DNA of 64,000 nt from positions 32,001-96,000 of IMG/VR virus record IMGVR_UViG_3300025141_013870. One strand, given 5' to 3'. The position numbers and the translations under genes are program-made. Source of the DNA: a virus. Positions 19,571 to 29,660 of this stretch are shown here, piece by piece; the first letter of the stretch is position 1, and the number at the start of each line of letters is the position of its first letter. The notes below the pieces were generated by a model. The model did not search any database. It was not told the origin of the DNA and was given only the letters and a program-made list of their open reading frames with translations.

Positions 19571-20347
19571 ATGGCAGTTGATTTTGATGCAATTCGCAAG
19601 AAGCTAGATCGATTAAGTGGGAATAACAGGAATCGATCGGTGATGTGGCGACCAACGGAGGGAGAGGAACATACAGTTCGACTTCTTTCCTTTCCGGATA
19701 ATGATGGTCAGCCATTTAAGGAACTTTGGTTCTACTATAACATTGGAAAGGAGAGAGGACTTCTAGCTCCAAATCAGTTTGGAGATCCTGATCCTATTCA
19801 AGAGCTCATTACAAAACTTCGCGAGGAAGGTTCTAAGGAGTCTTATGAGCTTGCGAAGAAGCTATATCCGAAGATGCGGACATACGCTCCTGTGATCGTA
19901 CGAGGCGAGGAAGATAAAGGTGTCCAGGTCTGGGGATTTGGAAAGATGGTGTATCAAGCACTATTGGGACTTATGCTTGATGAAGACTACGGAGATATCA
20001 CTGATCCTCTCAGCGGTCGTGACGTGAAGGTGGTTTGCTCAAAGCAGCCAGGAAAGATGTGGGCAATGACAGAAGTTAGGCCGAGAGGAAAACAGTCAAA
20101 GTTGACTGATAATGCCAAGGAGGCAACTGAGTGGCGAGATTCCATACCTAATCTTGATGATATTTTCCAATGCAAGAGCTATGATGAACTCTCAAAGATC
20201 ATAAATGACTGGCTCGGAGGGGAAGACAATGCCTCAGATACAGCTCCTAGCTCATCTGGAGTATCTTCAACTGAATCTGATCAATCTGGAACAGCGTCTG
20301 GGTACAAGAGCATCGATGATGCCTTTGCAGATCTTATGTCTGATTGA
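19571..20347 (+). CDS. Single-stranded DNA-binding protein (T4 gp32-like)
   Basis: WRPTEGEEHTVRLL, PFKELWFYYNIG, DYGDITDPLSGRD; acidic tail ending DDAFADLMSD; GGAGG RBS before ATG 19571. Confidence 0.88.
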   Translation: MAVDFDAIRKKLDRLSGNNRNRSVMWRPTEGEEHTVRLLSFPDNDGQPFKELWFYYNIGKERGLLAPNQFGDPDPIQELITKLREEGSKESYELAKKLYPKMRTYAPVIVRGEEDKGVQVWGFGKMVYQALLGLMLDEDYGDITDPLSGRDVKVVCSKQPGKMWAMTEVRPRGKQSKLTDNAKEATEWRDSIPNLDDIFQCKSYDELSKIINDWLGGEDNASDTAPSSSGVSSTESDQSGTASGYKSIDDAFADLMSD

Positions 20348-20373
20348 TAGAAGCGATCTATCTTTATAAATTT

Positions 20374-20402
20374 ATCAAGGGACGATTCGTCCCTTGATTT
20401 TT
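20374..20402 (+). terminator. Rho-independent terminator after SSB
   Basis: ATCAAGGGACG-ATT-CGTCCCTTGAT 11-bp stem followed by Ts. Confidence 0.85.
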
Positions 20403-20459
20403 ATAAAATGTAATTGAACATCACAGCAAAGTTTTAGTACCTTATATTAAAGGTAAATT

Positions 20460-21623
20460 ATGTCAAAAAAAAATAATGAAATAGAGGACTTTACATCTGA
20501 ACTGATATCTTCACTAAACAAGGAGCACGGATCAAGAGTTGCATATAATCTTAGTCAAGATGAATCGCCCACGCACGTAAAGCGATGGATATCAACTGGA
20601 TCAAAATTATTAGATTATATTTGCTCTAATAGAAGAAATGGTGGACTTCCTGAAGGAAGAATAGTAGAGATATTTGGTCCACCATCTATTGGAAAGTCGC
20701 ACATAGCAACACAAATAGCGAGATCTACCCAGAAAATGGGAGGAATAGCTGTCTACATAGATACAGAAAACGCAACATCAGTGGAAAATCTACAAATGCT
20801 GGGAGTTGATGTATCTAATAGATTCGTGTACGTAGACACACATTGTACAGAAGAGGTTTTTAAGGTAGCAGAATCTGTGATTCTTAAGTCAAAAGGAATG
20901 CACAAGGATGTTCCTGTTACTATCATTTGGGATTCTGTGGCAGCATCGTCACCTAAGGCAGAACTTCTTGGGGATTATGATAAGGAATCTATTGGCCTTC
21001 AAGCAAGATCAATATCTAAAGGCATGAGAAAGATAACAGGTGTTATTGGCGATCAATGTGTTTTATTTGTGATATTAAATCAAACAAGAATGAAGATAGG
21101 TGTGATGTTTGGTGATCCAACAACTACACCTGGCGGCAAGGCGATTCCATTTCATGCATCTACAAGAATAAAGCTAGGAGCTGGACAGCAGATAAAGGAT
21201 GGTGATGATGTGATTGGAATTCACGTTTCAGCAAAGACTATCAAGAACAAGGTAGCTGCACCTTTTAGAACTGCTAATTTCGAGATTCACTTTGGAGTCG
21301 GAATAAAAGAGCACGAGCAGATCTTTGATCTTTTGAGAAAGCACGGTCCAGAAACTTTGAACAATAAGGAGATATCTCTTTCAGGAACCGGAGCGTGGAA
21401 AACACTTAATGTTGTAGATACAAATACTGGCGAGATTATAATAGAAAAGAAATTTAGAAAAAATGAATTTTATCAGATATTAGAGAGCGATGAATACGGA
21501 AAATATATAGATGACTTTTTAGAGATGGCTATGGTGAAGAAATTTGCATCTGAACCTCCTGACATAGATAACGAATCATATATAGAGATCGAAGCCCTAT
21601 CTGATAGTTTGAGAGGAGACTAG
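20460..21623 (+). CDS. recA: RecA/UvsX recombinase
   Basis: GLPEGRIVEIFGPPSIGKS Walker A, IIWDSVAA Walker B, NQTRMKIGVMFGDPTTTPGGKAIPFHASTRI. Confidence 0.95.
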   Translation: MSKKNNEIEDFTSELISSLNKEHGSRVAYNLSQDESPTHVKRWISTGSKLLDYICSNRRNGGLPEGRIVEIFGPPSIGKSHIATQIARSTQKMGGIAVYIDTENATSVENLQMLGVDVSNRFVYVDTHCTEEVFKVAESVILKSKGMHKDVPVTIIWDSVAASSPKAELLGDYDKESIGLQARSISKGMRKITGVIGDQCVLFVILNQTRMKIGVMFGDPTTTPGGKAIPFHASTRIKLGAGQQIKDGDDVIGIHVSAKTIKNKVAAPFRTANFEIHFGVGIKEHEQIFDLLRKHGPETLNNKEISLSGTGAWKTLNVVDTNTGEIIIEKKFRKNEFYQILESDEYGKYIDDFLEMAMVKKFASEPPDIDNESYIEIEALSDSLRGD

Positions 21624-21630
21624 ACTGAAA

Positions 21631-22593
21631 GTGAATAAAACAAATTGCGAGTTTGTCTTATTAGTTGATGGGTTGAATTTGTTTACAAGACACTTTGTAG
21701 CGCATCCCGCAACAGCTTCAACTGGAGAACATGTCGGCGGAATAGTTGGATTCCTATACGCTATTATTGAATTTGCAGAGAGGTTTAAGCCCAATCAGAT
21801 TTTTGTGGTATGGGAAGGCGGCGGCTCATCTCGAAGAAGATCCATCTATAGCGAATATAAACAAAAGAGAAGGCCAGAAAAATTAAATAGATTCTATGAT
21901 GATGACATTCCCGATACAATTGAGAATAGAAATAACCAGATATCAACAATAGTTGATATTCTTAAACAGTCTCCAGTTAACCAGATTTATGTTCCAGATT
22001 GTGAAGCAGATGATGTGATAGGGTATCTCTGCAAGTATAGATTTAAAAACAATAGAAAGCTAGTAGTTTCTTCTGATAAGGATTTTTATCAACTTTTAGA
22101 TAGTAATACGATAATATATTCTCCAACATGGAAGAAGCTTGTTACATCAAAAGATGTCGTAGAGAAGTTTGGAATATCACCTGAAAACTTTTGTTTGGCA
22201 AAATCTATTTGTGGTGATGCATCTGACAATATCAATGGTGTAAAAAATGTTGGATTTAAAACTTTATCAAAAAGATTTCCAGATTTTTCAAAAAGAACGC
22301 CACTCATGATACAGGACATAGTAGATTTGTGCGATGACATGATCAAAGAGGGCGTAAAGCTAAAAGCCATCACTAACATATCAGAGTCAAAAGATCTAAT
22401 TAAGAGAAATTGGAAATTGATCTATCTAGATACAATAAGCTTATCATCAGATCAAATTTCTAAAATAAACTATTTGATTGATAATTTATGTGTCTCTAGA
22501 GATAAAGTTACTATGATGAGAATTTTCATAAGAGAAGGAATTCAAACATTCAATGTGGATAGATTTTTTCTATCTTTAAATCATATTAGGTAG
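21631..22593 (+). CDS. 5'-3' exonuclease / flap endonuclease (T4 RNase H-like)
   Basis: LLVDGLN, WEGGG, CEADDVIG, SSDKDFYQL, GDASDNINGV motifs. Confidence 0.92.
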   Translation: MNKTNCEFVLLVDGLNLFTRHFVAHPATASTGEHVGGIVGFLYAIIEFAERFKPNQIFVVWEGGGSSRRRSIYSEYKQKRRPEKLNRFYDDDIPDTIENRNNQISTIVDILKQSPVNQIYVPDCEADDVIGYLCKYRFKNNRKLVVSSDKDFYQLLDSNTIIYSPTWKKLVTSKDVVEKFGISPENFCLAKSICGDASDNINGVKNVGFKTLSKRFPDFSKRTPLMIQDIVDLCDDMIKEGVKLKAITNISESKDLIKRNWKLIYLDTISLSSDQISKINYLIDNLCVSRDKVTMMRIFIREGIQTFNVDRFFLSLNHIR

Positions 22594-22596
22594 GGT

Positions 22597-23985
22597 ATGA
22601 GCGAGACAACATCACATTTCAGTAGATATGGAAAGTCCTTTCAGGAAAAGATTTTCCAAGCATTTATCACAGATCAAAACTGGGCAGCACAAATGACAGA
22701 GGTGATGGACTCTTCATTTTTTGAACAGAAATATTTACAATATTTATCTAAAAAATATTTTGATTATTACTGTAAATACAAGTCATTTCCAACTCTTCCG
22801 CTATTGATAACAATAATAAGAGATGACCTTAGAGAGGGAAGTGACATTATCTTAAGAGATCAAATTATTGAGTTTCTTCATAGAATTAAGGTAAATCCTG
22901 ATGTGGGAGATCTTGAATTTGTTAAAGAGAAGTCACTTGATTTTTGTAAAAAACAAGCTCTTAAAAATGCCCTTGAGGTATCTGTTGATTTGATAGCAAC
23001 AGAGAAATATGAGTCAGTCATAGAAGTTATGAAAGATGCCATATGCAAAGGGATGCCTTCATCTATTGGTCATAACTTTTTTGAGGATTATGAATCACGA
23101 TTTACGAGATTTAGTCGTGTCACTTGCCCAACTGGGATACCAGAAATAGATAAAAAAGATATATTAAATGGCGGTCTCGGAAGAGGCGAGATAGGTGTCA
23201 TAACTGCTCCCACAGGTGTCGGGAAATCTCATTTTTTGGTTCATGTTGGATCTGAGGCACTAAGAGTTGGTAAAAATGTCATACATTATACGTTTGAACT
23301 ATCAGAGAGAGCTGCAGGATTAAGATATGATAGTAATCTTTGCGACATACCCAGCAATGAAGTGATAGATAGAAAGGATGAGGTCTTAAAAAAGTATGAT
23401 GATTCAGATTTTGGAAGGCTTATTATCAAGGAGTACCCTACTGGATCTGCTACAGTTACAACTATTAGAAATCACATTGAAAAACTTTTACTCAAGTCTT
23501 TTGTTCCCAGCTTGATAATTATTGATTATGCAGATATCATGCGATCATCAAGAAAATATGACTCTCTTCGTCACGAGCTAAAGTTAATTTATGAGGAATT
23601 GAGGAATCTCTCTATGGATATGAATATACCAATCTGGACAGCAAGTCAGGCGAATAGAGATGCAGCAAATGCGTCAGTTGTCGGATTAGAAAATATGGCA
23701 GAGGCGTACGGGAAAGCAATGGTGGCAGATGTAGTTTTATCGTTATCTAGAAAACCTATGGAAAAAGCATCTGGCTGCGGAAGGTTGTTTGTTGCCAAGA
23801 ATAGAGCAGGAAGAGATGGAATACTTTTTCCTATTCACCTAGATACAGCAAGGTCAAAAATCTATGTTGTAGAAAATGGTGATGAGATGTCATTAAGCGA
23901 TGTTGTCAAAACTGACGCTAATGCCATGAAAAATCTTTTAAAGCAGAAGTGGAAAGAAGTTAACGGTGACAGCCGCACGCAGTAA
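22597..23985 (+). CDS. Replicative DNA helicase (DnaB/gp41-like)
   Basis: GGLGRGEIGVITAPTGVGKS, LIIIDYADIM, IPIWTASQANR, VAKNRAG. Confidence 0.93.
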   Translation: MSETTSHFSRYGKSFQEKIFQAFITDQNWAAQMTEVMDSSFFEQKYLQYLSKKYFDYYCKYKSFPTLPLLITIIRDDLREGSDIILRDQIIEFLHRIKVNPDVGDLEFVKEKSLDFCKKQALKNALEVSVDLIATEKYESVIEVMKDAICKGMPSSIGHNFFEDYESRFTRFSRVTCPTGIPEIDKKDILNGGLGRGEIGVITAPTGVGKSHFLVHVGSEALRVGKNVIHYTFELSERAAGLRYDSNLCDIPSNEVIDRKDEVLKKYDDSDFGRLIIKEYPTGSATVTTIRNHIEKLLLKSFVPSLIIIDYADIMRSSRKYDSLRHELKLIYEELRNLSMDMNIPIWTASQANRDAANASVVGLENMAEAYGKAMVADVVLSLSRKPMEKASGCGRLFVAKNRAGRDGILFPIHLDTARSKIYVVENGDEMSLSDVVKTDANAMKNLLKQKWKEVNGDSRTQ

Positions 23986-24006
23986 AAATTATTATCGGAG
24001 AATTTT

Positions 24007-26466
24007 ATGAAAGTGTCTTTTAATAAAGCTCTGTCAGAAAGTATTGAATATTTTGGTGGTGATGAACTTGCTGCTAATATTTTTGTAACAAAATACGCAC
24101 TTTGTGATGAAGCTGGAAATTTTTATGAAAAGACGCCTGATGATATGCATAAAAGACTTGCATCTGAGTTTCATAGAATTGAAAAAAATTATCCCAATCC
24201 GATGACAGAGGATGAAATATATCATCTTTTTAAAGATTTTAAATATGTTATTCCACAAGGAAGCCCGATGGCTGGAATTGGAAATAACTTTAGAATTCAG
24301 TCTTTGTCAAATTGTTTCGTCATAGAGTCTCCACATGACTCATATGGTGGAATTCTTAAGTCAGATCAAGAGCTAGTACAAATAGCAAAAAGAAGAGGAG
24401 GAGTAGGCTTTGACATTTCGACAATACGACCAAAAGGGTGCACGACATCAAATGCTGCCAGAACTACTGACGGCATCGAAGTATTTATGGATAGATTTTC
24501 AAATTCGTGCAGAGAAGTGGCTCAGGGTGGACGCCGCGGAGCCCTTATGCTTACTATCTCTATTCATCATCCTCAAGTTAGAGATTTTATAAGAATTAAA
24601 AGAGATCTTTCTCGAGTGACAGGTGCCAACATATCAGTAAGACTAACAGATGAATTTATGAATGCTGTAGAAAATAAATCTGAAGTTGAGCTAAGATTTC
24701 CAGTTGATAGTGAATTTCCTGAAATGTCAGAGTCTGTAGACGCATCCGAGCTTTGGGATGAGATAATAGAGTCAGCACATGAATCTGCTGAACCAGGAAT
24801 TCTTTTTTGGGACACGGCGAAAAGATTAACACCTTCCGACATCTATGAAAAAGAAGGGTTTGGGTCAACATCTACAAATCCTTGCGGCGAGATAATTTTA
24901 AGCCCTGGAGATTCGTGTCGACTGATGCTAATAAATCTACTTTCATTTGTTGTCAATCCATTTAAAGATGATGCATTTTTTAATTTTAACAAGCTATCAG
25001 ATATCACCACAAAGGCGCAGAGGCTCATGGATGATATGGTCGATCTTGAAATAGAACAGGTTGATAAGATACTTGAAAAAATATTTGCTGATCCCGAACC
25101 TGAAAAAGTAAAAAAGATAGAAAAAGATCTATGGAAAAACATCAAAGAGCAGGCAATTAGAGGCAGAAGAACAGGATTGGGAATAACAGCTGTAGGTGAT
25201 ACACTCGCAGCGCTTAATGTAAGATATGGTTCAGATGAGTCAATTGATATAATTGAAAACATATACAAGACTCTTTGTGTCAATGCATATAGATCATCAT
25301 GTGTGATGGCAAAAGAGAGAGGGGCATTTCCAGTTCATGATTTTGCAAAAGAGACATATCATCCATTTTTAAGAAGAGTGTGGGAAGAAGATCCAGAACT
25401 CTTACAAATGAATGAAAAGTGGGGAAGAAGAAATATATCTCTTACAACTACCGCACCTGCAGGATCTGTGTCTACATTAACGCAAACAACATCCGGAATA
25501 GAGCCTGCCTATCTTCTTAAGTACACTAGAAGGAAGAAGATAAACCAATCTGATGAATCTGCATCTGTTGATTTTGTCGATGCTGTGGGAGATTCATGGC
25601 AAGAATATGATGTTTATCATCACGGATTCAAAAAGTGGATGGACATAACAGGAAAAACATCAGTTAAAAAATCACCATATTGGAAATCTACATCAAATGA
25701 TATTGACTGGGTCTCTAAAATAAAAGTTCAAGCTGCAGCACAGAAATGGGTATGCCATGCAATATCAAATACAACAAATGTTCCAGCAGACATAGACGTT
25801 GACACTGTTAAAAAAATCTATATTGATGGATGGAAGCTAGGTTGCAAAGGCGTAACAGTATATAGAGAAGGATGTAGATCGGGCGTTCTTGTTCCTACGG
25901 TTAGAGAAGATAAAAGTTTTGAATCTCATGATGCTCCATCTAGACCCGATGAGCTAGATTGTTCTATTCACCACGCGACAATTAAAGACGAGGCATGGAC
26001 AATTCTTGTAGGATTACTAGATGGAAGGCCATATGAGGTAATGGGAGGTCTCCAGAAGTATATTGAAATTCCGCGCAAGTACAAAGATGGAACAATTATC
26101 AAGCATCACTATAAGACAAAAAATTCTAGATATGATCTTCGTATTGGAAAAAACGGAGATGAAATTTTGATAAAGGATATTGTTTCAGTTTTTGATAATC
26201 CTAATCATGCTGGGTATACTAGGACGATATCCCTTGCACTTCGTCATGGAGCAAACATACATTATGTTGTTGAACAGCTGCAAAAAGACAGAGAGATGGA
26301 CATGTTCTCATTCTCAAAGGTTATTGCTAGAGTTCTTAAGAATTACATCAAGGATGGAACAGTACCAGGAAAGACGACATGTCAAAATTGTGGCGCTGAA
26401 GATACGCTGAGATATCAAGAAGGGTGTGTCATGTGCACAGCATGCGGATCATCCAAGTGTGGATAA
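24007..26466 (+). CDS. nrdJ: Class II (adenosylcobalamin-dependent) ribonucleotide reductase
   Basis: SLSNCF, RRGGGVG, QGGRRGALM, TNPCGEI, RRTGLG, TTAPAGS, KGVTVYREGCR; C-terminal CxxC...CxxC domain; no beta-subunit gene nearby. Confidence 0.9.
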   Translation: MKVSFNKALSESIEYFGGDELAANIFVTKYALCDEAGNFYEKTPDDMHKRLASEFHRIEKNYPNPMTEDEIYHLFKDFKYVIPQGSPMAGIGNNFRIQSLSNCFVIESPHDSYGGILKSDQELVQIAKRRGGVGFDISTIRPKGCTTSNAARTTDGIEVFMDRFSNSCREVAQGGRRGALMLTISIHHPQVRDFIRIKRDLSRVTGANISVRLTDEFMNAVENKSEVELRFPVDSEFPEMSESVDASELWDEIIESAHESAEPGILFWDTAKRLTPSDIYEKEGFGSTSTNPCGEIILSPGDSCRLMLINLLSFVVNPFKDDAFFNFNKLSDITTKAQRLMDDMVDLEIEQVDKILEKIFADPEPEKVKKIEKDLWKNIKEQAIRGRRTGLGITAVGDTLAALNVRYGSDESIDIIENIYKTLCVNAYRSSCVMAKERGAFPVHDFAKETYHPFLRRVWEEDPELLQMNEKWGRRNISLTTTAPAGSVSTLTQTTSGIEPAYLLKYTRRKKINQSDESASVDFVDAVGDSWQEYDVYHHGFKKWMDITGKTSVKKSPYWKSTSNDIDWVSKIKVQAAAQKWVCHAISNTTNVPADIDVDTVKKIYIDGWKLGCKGVTVYREGCRSGVLVPTVREDKSFESHDAPSRPDELDCSIHHATIKDEAWTILVGLLDGRPYEVMGGLQKYIEIPRKYKDGTIIKHHYKTKNSRYDLRIGKNGDEILIKDIVSVFDNPNHAGYTRTISLALRHGANIHYVVEQLQKDREMDMFSFSKVIARVLKNYIKDGTVPGKTTCQNCGAEDTLRYQEGCVMCTACGSSKCG

Positions 26467-26505
26467 ATTTTCAAAAAATAATACATAGTGCTAGGGGGAA
26501 AATTT

Positions 26506-26892
26506 ATGTCGTATTCAGATAAGGTATTAGATCATTTTAGCAACCCCCGTAATGTCGGAGCGATGGATAAAGATGATATCAATGTAGGCACAGGTATGGT
26601 CGGTGCTCCAGCGTGCGGCGATGTGATGAAGCTTCAGCTCAAGATCAATGACAGCGGCATCATCGAGGATGCCAAGTTCAAGACATTCGGCTGCGGTTCT
26701 GCTGTTGCATCAAGCTCTTTAATAACAACATGGGTAAAAGGATTGAATATAGCAGAGGCTGAGAAGATAAAAAATTCATCAATTGCAGAGGAGCTTTGCT
26801 TGCCGCCTGTGAAGATTCACTGTTCAGTTCTTGCTGAAGATGCTATAAAGGCTGCGATTAAAGATTACCGGATCAAGAATGACAAGAAGTGA
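26506..26892 (+). CDS. iscU: Fe-S cluster scaffold IscU
   Basis: YSDKVLDHFSNPRNVG, GAPACGDVMKLQ, FKTFGCGSA, LPPVKIHCSVLAEDAIKAA. Confidence 0.96.
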   Translation: MSYSDKVLDHFSNPRNVGAMDKDDINVGTGMVGAPACGDVMKLQLKINDSGIIEDAKFKTFGCGSAVASSSLITTWVKGLNIAEAEKIKNSSIAEELCLPPVKIHCSVLAEDAIKAAIKDYRIKNDKK

Positions 26893-27145
26893 TATACAAA
26901 AGCTCATTGATGAAGAAATCAACTCTGCCTTATCAATGCACGGAGGCCATGTTTCAATTCATGAATTTGACGAAGAGAGCAAATCTTTGAAATTAAAAAT
27001 GGGCGGTGGGTGTCATGGATGCTCATCATCAAGAATGACTATGAAAGTGGGAGTTGAAAATCTTCTCAGGGAGGTGTTTCCTGATATTGGAGAAATTGAG
27101 GATGTCACTGATCATTCAACAGGTGAAAATCCATACTATGACTAA
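26879..27145 (+). CDS. NfuA/NifU C-terminal domain Fe-S carrier
   Basis: HGG...MGGGCHGC and the C-terminal DVTDHSTGENPYY characteristic of NfuA. Confidence 0.88.
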   Translation: MTRSDIQKLIDEEINSALSMHGGHVSIHEFDEESKSLKLKMGGGCHGCSSSRMTMKVGVENLLREVFPDIGEIEDVTDHSTGENPYYD

Positions 27146-27154
27146 GGAACAAAT

Positions 27155-27481
27155 ATGGCAATAACAGTTACAGAGAAAGCAAGAATCAAAATAAAATCTC
27201 TGCTTAATCAGCGTCAAACTCCTGATCATTTTCTAAGGATAGGGTTAAGAGGAGGTGGCTGCTCTGGGTTTATGTATAAATATGAATTCATCGACAAGAC
27301 AGATGAGAAAGATAAGATATTTGAATTTGATGACATTAAAATTTGCATCGATATAAAATCCTATTTATTTCTTAATGGAATAGAGATAGATTATCAAGAA
27401 GACTTACTAAAGTCAGGCCTTGTGTTTAATGCTCCGGGAGCATCGCGAACGTGTGGCTGTGGTGAGTCAGTAACATTTTGA
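27155..27481 (+). CDS. iscA: A-type Fe-S carrier IscA/ErpA (HesB family)
   Basis: LRIGLRGGGCSGFMY and FNAPGASRTCGCGESV. Confidence 0.93.
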   Translation: MAITVTEKARIKIKSLLNQRQTPDHFLRIGLRGGGCSGFMYKYEFIDKTDEKDKIFEFDDIKICIDIKSYLFLNGIEIDYQEDLLKSGLVFNAPGASRTCGCGESVTF

Positions 27482-27485
27482 GGTA

Positions 27486-28091
27486 TTGATGAAGTGGATT
27501 ACAAAAGTATCTCCATTAATTAAGGAAATTGAATTAAGAAAAAATCCAGTAGTCATACGTGTTAATAAGTTTGATGAAAAATCATCAAAAGAATTTGATA
27601 ATCAAGTTGCTTTAGCGCATAATACTGGGCAAAAGGTTATTCCTATTGTCATTGACTCTTACGGCGGACAGGTTTATAGCTTGATGTCAATGATAAGTGC
27701 CATTAATCATTGTGAGATTCCAGTTGCTACAATAGTAGAAGGGAAGGCAATGTCATGTGGAGCTATACTTTTTTCATGCGGTGAGCAAGGCTTAAGGTTT
27801 ATGGATCCTGATGCGACAGTCATGATTCATGATGTTTCATCTATGGAGTATGGAAAAGTTGAAGAGATAAAAGCGTCAGCTGAAGAAACAGAGAGGCTTA
27901 ATCAAAAAGTCTATACAATTATGGCTAGAAACTGTGGAAAAAAAGACGATTATTTTTTAAAGCTCGTTCATAAAAAAGGACACGCAGATTGGTTTTTAGA
28001 TTCAACAGCTTGCAAAAAACACGGACTGGCTAATCAGATTCGTGTACCAAAGTTTAATATCAGCATTTCTGTTGATATAGATTTCGAATAA
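27486..28091 (+). CDS. clpP: ClpP-like ATP-dependent protease proteolytic subunit
   Basis: IDSYGG, GKAMSCGAIL (catalytic Ser), VMIHD (His), DWFL pattern. Confidence 0.8.
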   Translation: MMKWITKVSPLIKEIELRKNPVVIRVNKFDEKSSKEFDNQVALAHNTGQKVIPIVIDSYGGQVYSLMSMISAINHCEIPVATIVEGKAMSCGAILFSCGEQGLRFMDPDATVMIHDVSSMEYGKVEEIKASAEETERLNQKVYTIMARNCGKKDDYFLKLVHKKGHADWFLDSTACKKHGLANQIRVPKFNISISVDIDFE

Positions 28092-28101
28092 GGTAATATA
28101 A

Positions 28102-29649
28102 ATGTTATTTCAAGATTTGAATATAGAAAAACAAGATACAGATATTTTAAGCGACGACGCTGTAAAATTTTTATCTGATCTAACAAGAATGTTTAGACAA
28201 AGTCTGATATCACTTCTTCAAAGAAGAAACCTGCGTCAGGCATTTTATGATGAGAATCACTTTCCTAATTTTTTATCTGAGACAGTAGCTGTTAGACAGG
28301 GTGACTGGTCTGTTTGTGACATTCCAAATAGCATAAAAGATCGTCGAGTTGAGATAACGGGCCCTCCCGATAGAAAGATGATAATCAACGCTTTAAACTC
28401 TGGAGCAAAAGTGTATATGGCGGACTTTGAAGATTCAATGTCACCAACATGGGAAAATGTCGTCGATGGTCATGTAAACTTAATAGATGCAACAAGAAAG
28501 ACCATAACATACGAACACCCAAAAAAAGGAATGTATGAACTTAATGACGACGTAGCAGTGCTCTTTGTAAGGCCAAGGGGTCTTCACTTAAATGAATCTA
28601 ATTTTATAGTTGACAATAAGCCGATTCCAGCATCATTATTTGATTTTGGATTATTTTTATTTTACAATGGGAAGCTTCTAGCTGATAAAGATGAAGGACC
28701 ATATTTTTACATACCAAAATTAGAACACTATCTTGAAGCTAGATGGTGGAATGAGGTATTCACATGGTCACAAGAGGCTTTGGGCATACCGCATGGATCG
28801 ATAAAGGCAACAGTTCTAATAGAGACTCTACCGGCAGCATTTCAGATGGATGAGATACTATATGAGCTAAGAGACCATTCAGCTGGCTTAAACTGCGGAA
28901 GGTGGGATTATATCTTTAGCTATATAAAGACATTGAGAAATCATGATAACAGAATTCTACCAGATAGAAATACTGTCACGATGAATACACATTTTATGAA
29001 CTCATATGCAAAATTGTTGGTAAAGACATGCCACAAGCGCGGTGCACATGCTATGGGTGGAATGGCTGCACAAATTCCCATAAGAGGAGATCAGGAAAAG
29101 AATATTAAGGCATTGAACAAAGTCCGCGGAGATAAGATAAGAGAGGTTAATCTTGGACACGATGGAACGTGGGTCGCTCATCCAGGACTTGTAAAAATTG
29201 CAAAAGATGTATTTGATGAATATATGCCAGATGAAAACAATATTGAAAAGAAGATAGATTTTGTATGCTCAAGAGAAGACCTTCTTGATACACCCCAGGG
29301 TGAGATAACAGAGGAATGTTTAAGAAGCAATATCAATATCGGTATTCACTATATAGCAGCGTGGCTATCTGGCCAGGGATGCGTTCCTCTTTATAATCTA
29401 ATGGAGGATGCAGCAACTGCAGAGATATCTCGGGCTCAAACTTGGCAGTGGCTAAAACATGACAAGATTAGTATTGATAGATTTGAAGAAATTTTTATTG
29501 AAGAAATTAATAAAATAAGACATGAAGTTGGTGATTTAACATTTAAAAATTCTAATTATGAAAGCGCTTCACAGCTATTCGAACGCTTATCTGTATCTGA
29601 TGAGCTTGATAATTTTTTAACCTTAAAGGCCTATGAGCTAATATCCTAA
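28102..29649 (+). CDS. aceB: Malate synthase A
   Basis: [95 protein letters not shown]. Confidence 0.97.
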   Translation: MLFQDLNIEKQDTDILSDDAVKFLSDLTRMFRQSLISLLQRRNLRQAFYDENHFPNFLSETVAVRQGDWSVCDIPNSIKDRRVEITGPPDRKMIINALNSGAKVYMADFEDSMSPTWENVVDGHVNLIDATRKTITYEHPKKGMYELNDDVAVLFVRPRGLHLNESNFIVDNKPIPASLFDFGLFLFYNGKLLADKDEGPYFYIPKLEHYLEARWWNEVFTWSQEALGIPHGSIKATVLIETLPAAFQMDEILYELRDHSAGLNCGRWDYIFSYIKTLRNHDNRILPDRNTVTMNTHFMNSYAKLLVKTCHKRGAHAMGGMAAQIPIRGDQEKNIKALNKVRGDKIREVNLGHDGTWVAHPGLVKIAKDVFDEYMPDENNIEKKIDFVCSREDLLDTPQGEITEECLRSNINIGIHYIAAWLSGQGCVPLYNLMEDAATAEISRAQTWQWLKHDKISIDRFEEIFIEEINKIRHEVGDLTFKNSNYESASQLFERLSVSDELDNFLTLKAYELIS

Positions 29650-29660
29650 GGATCGTCTAT

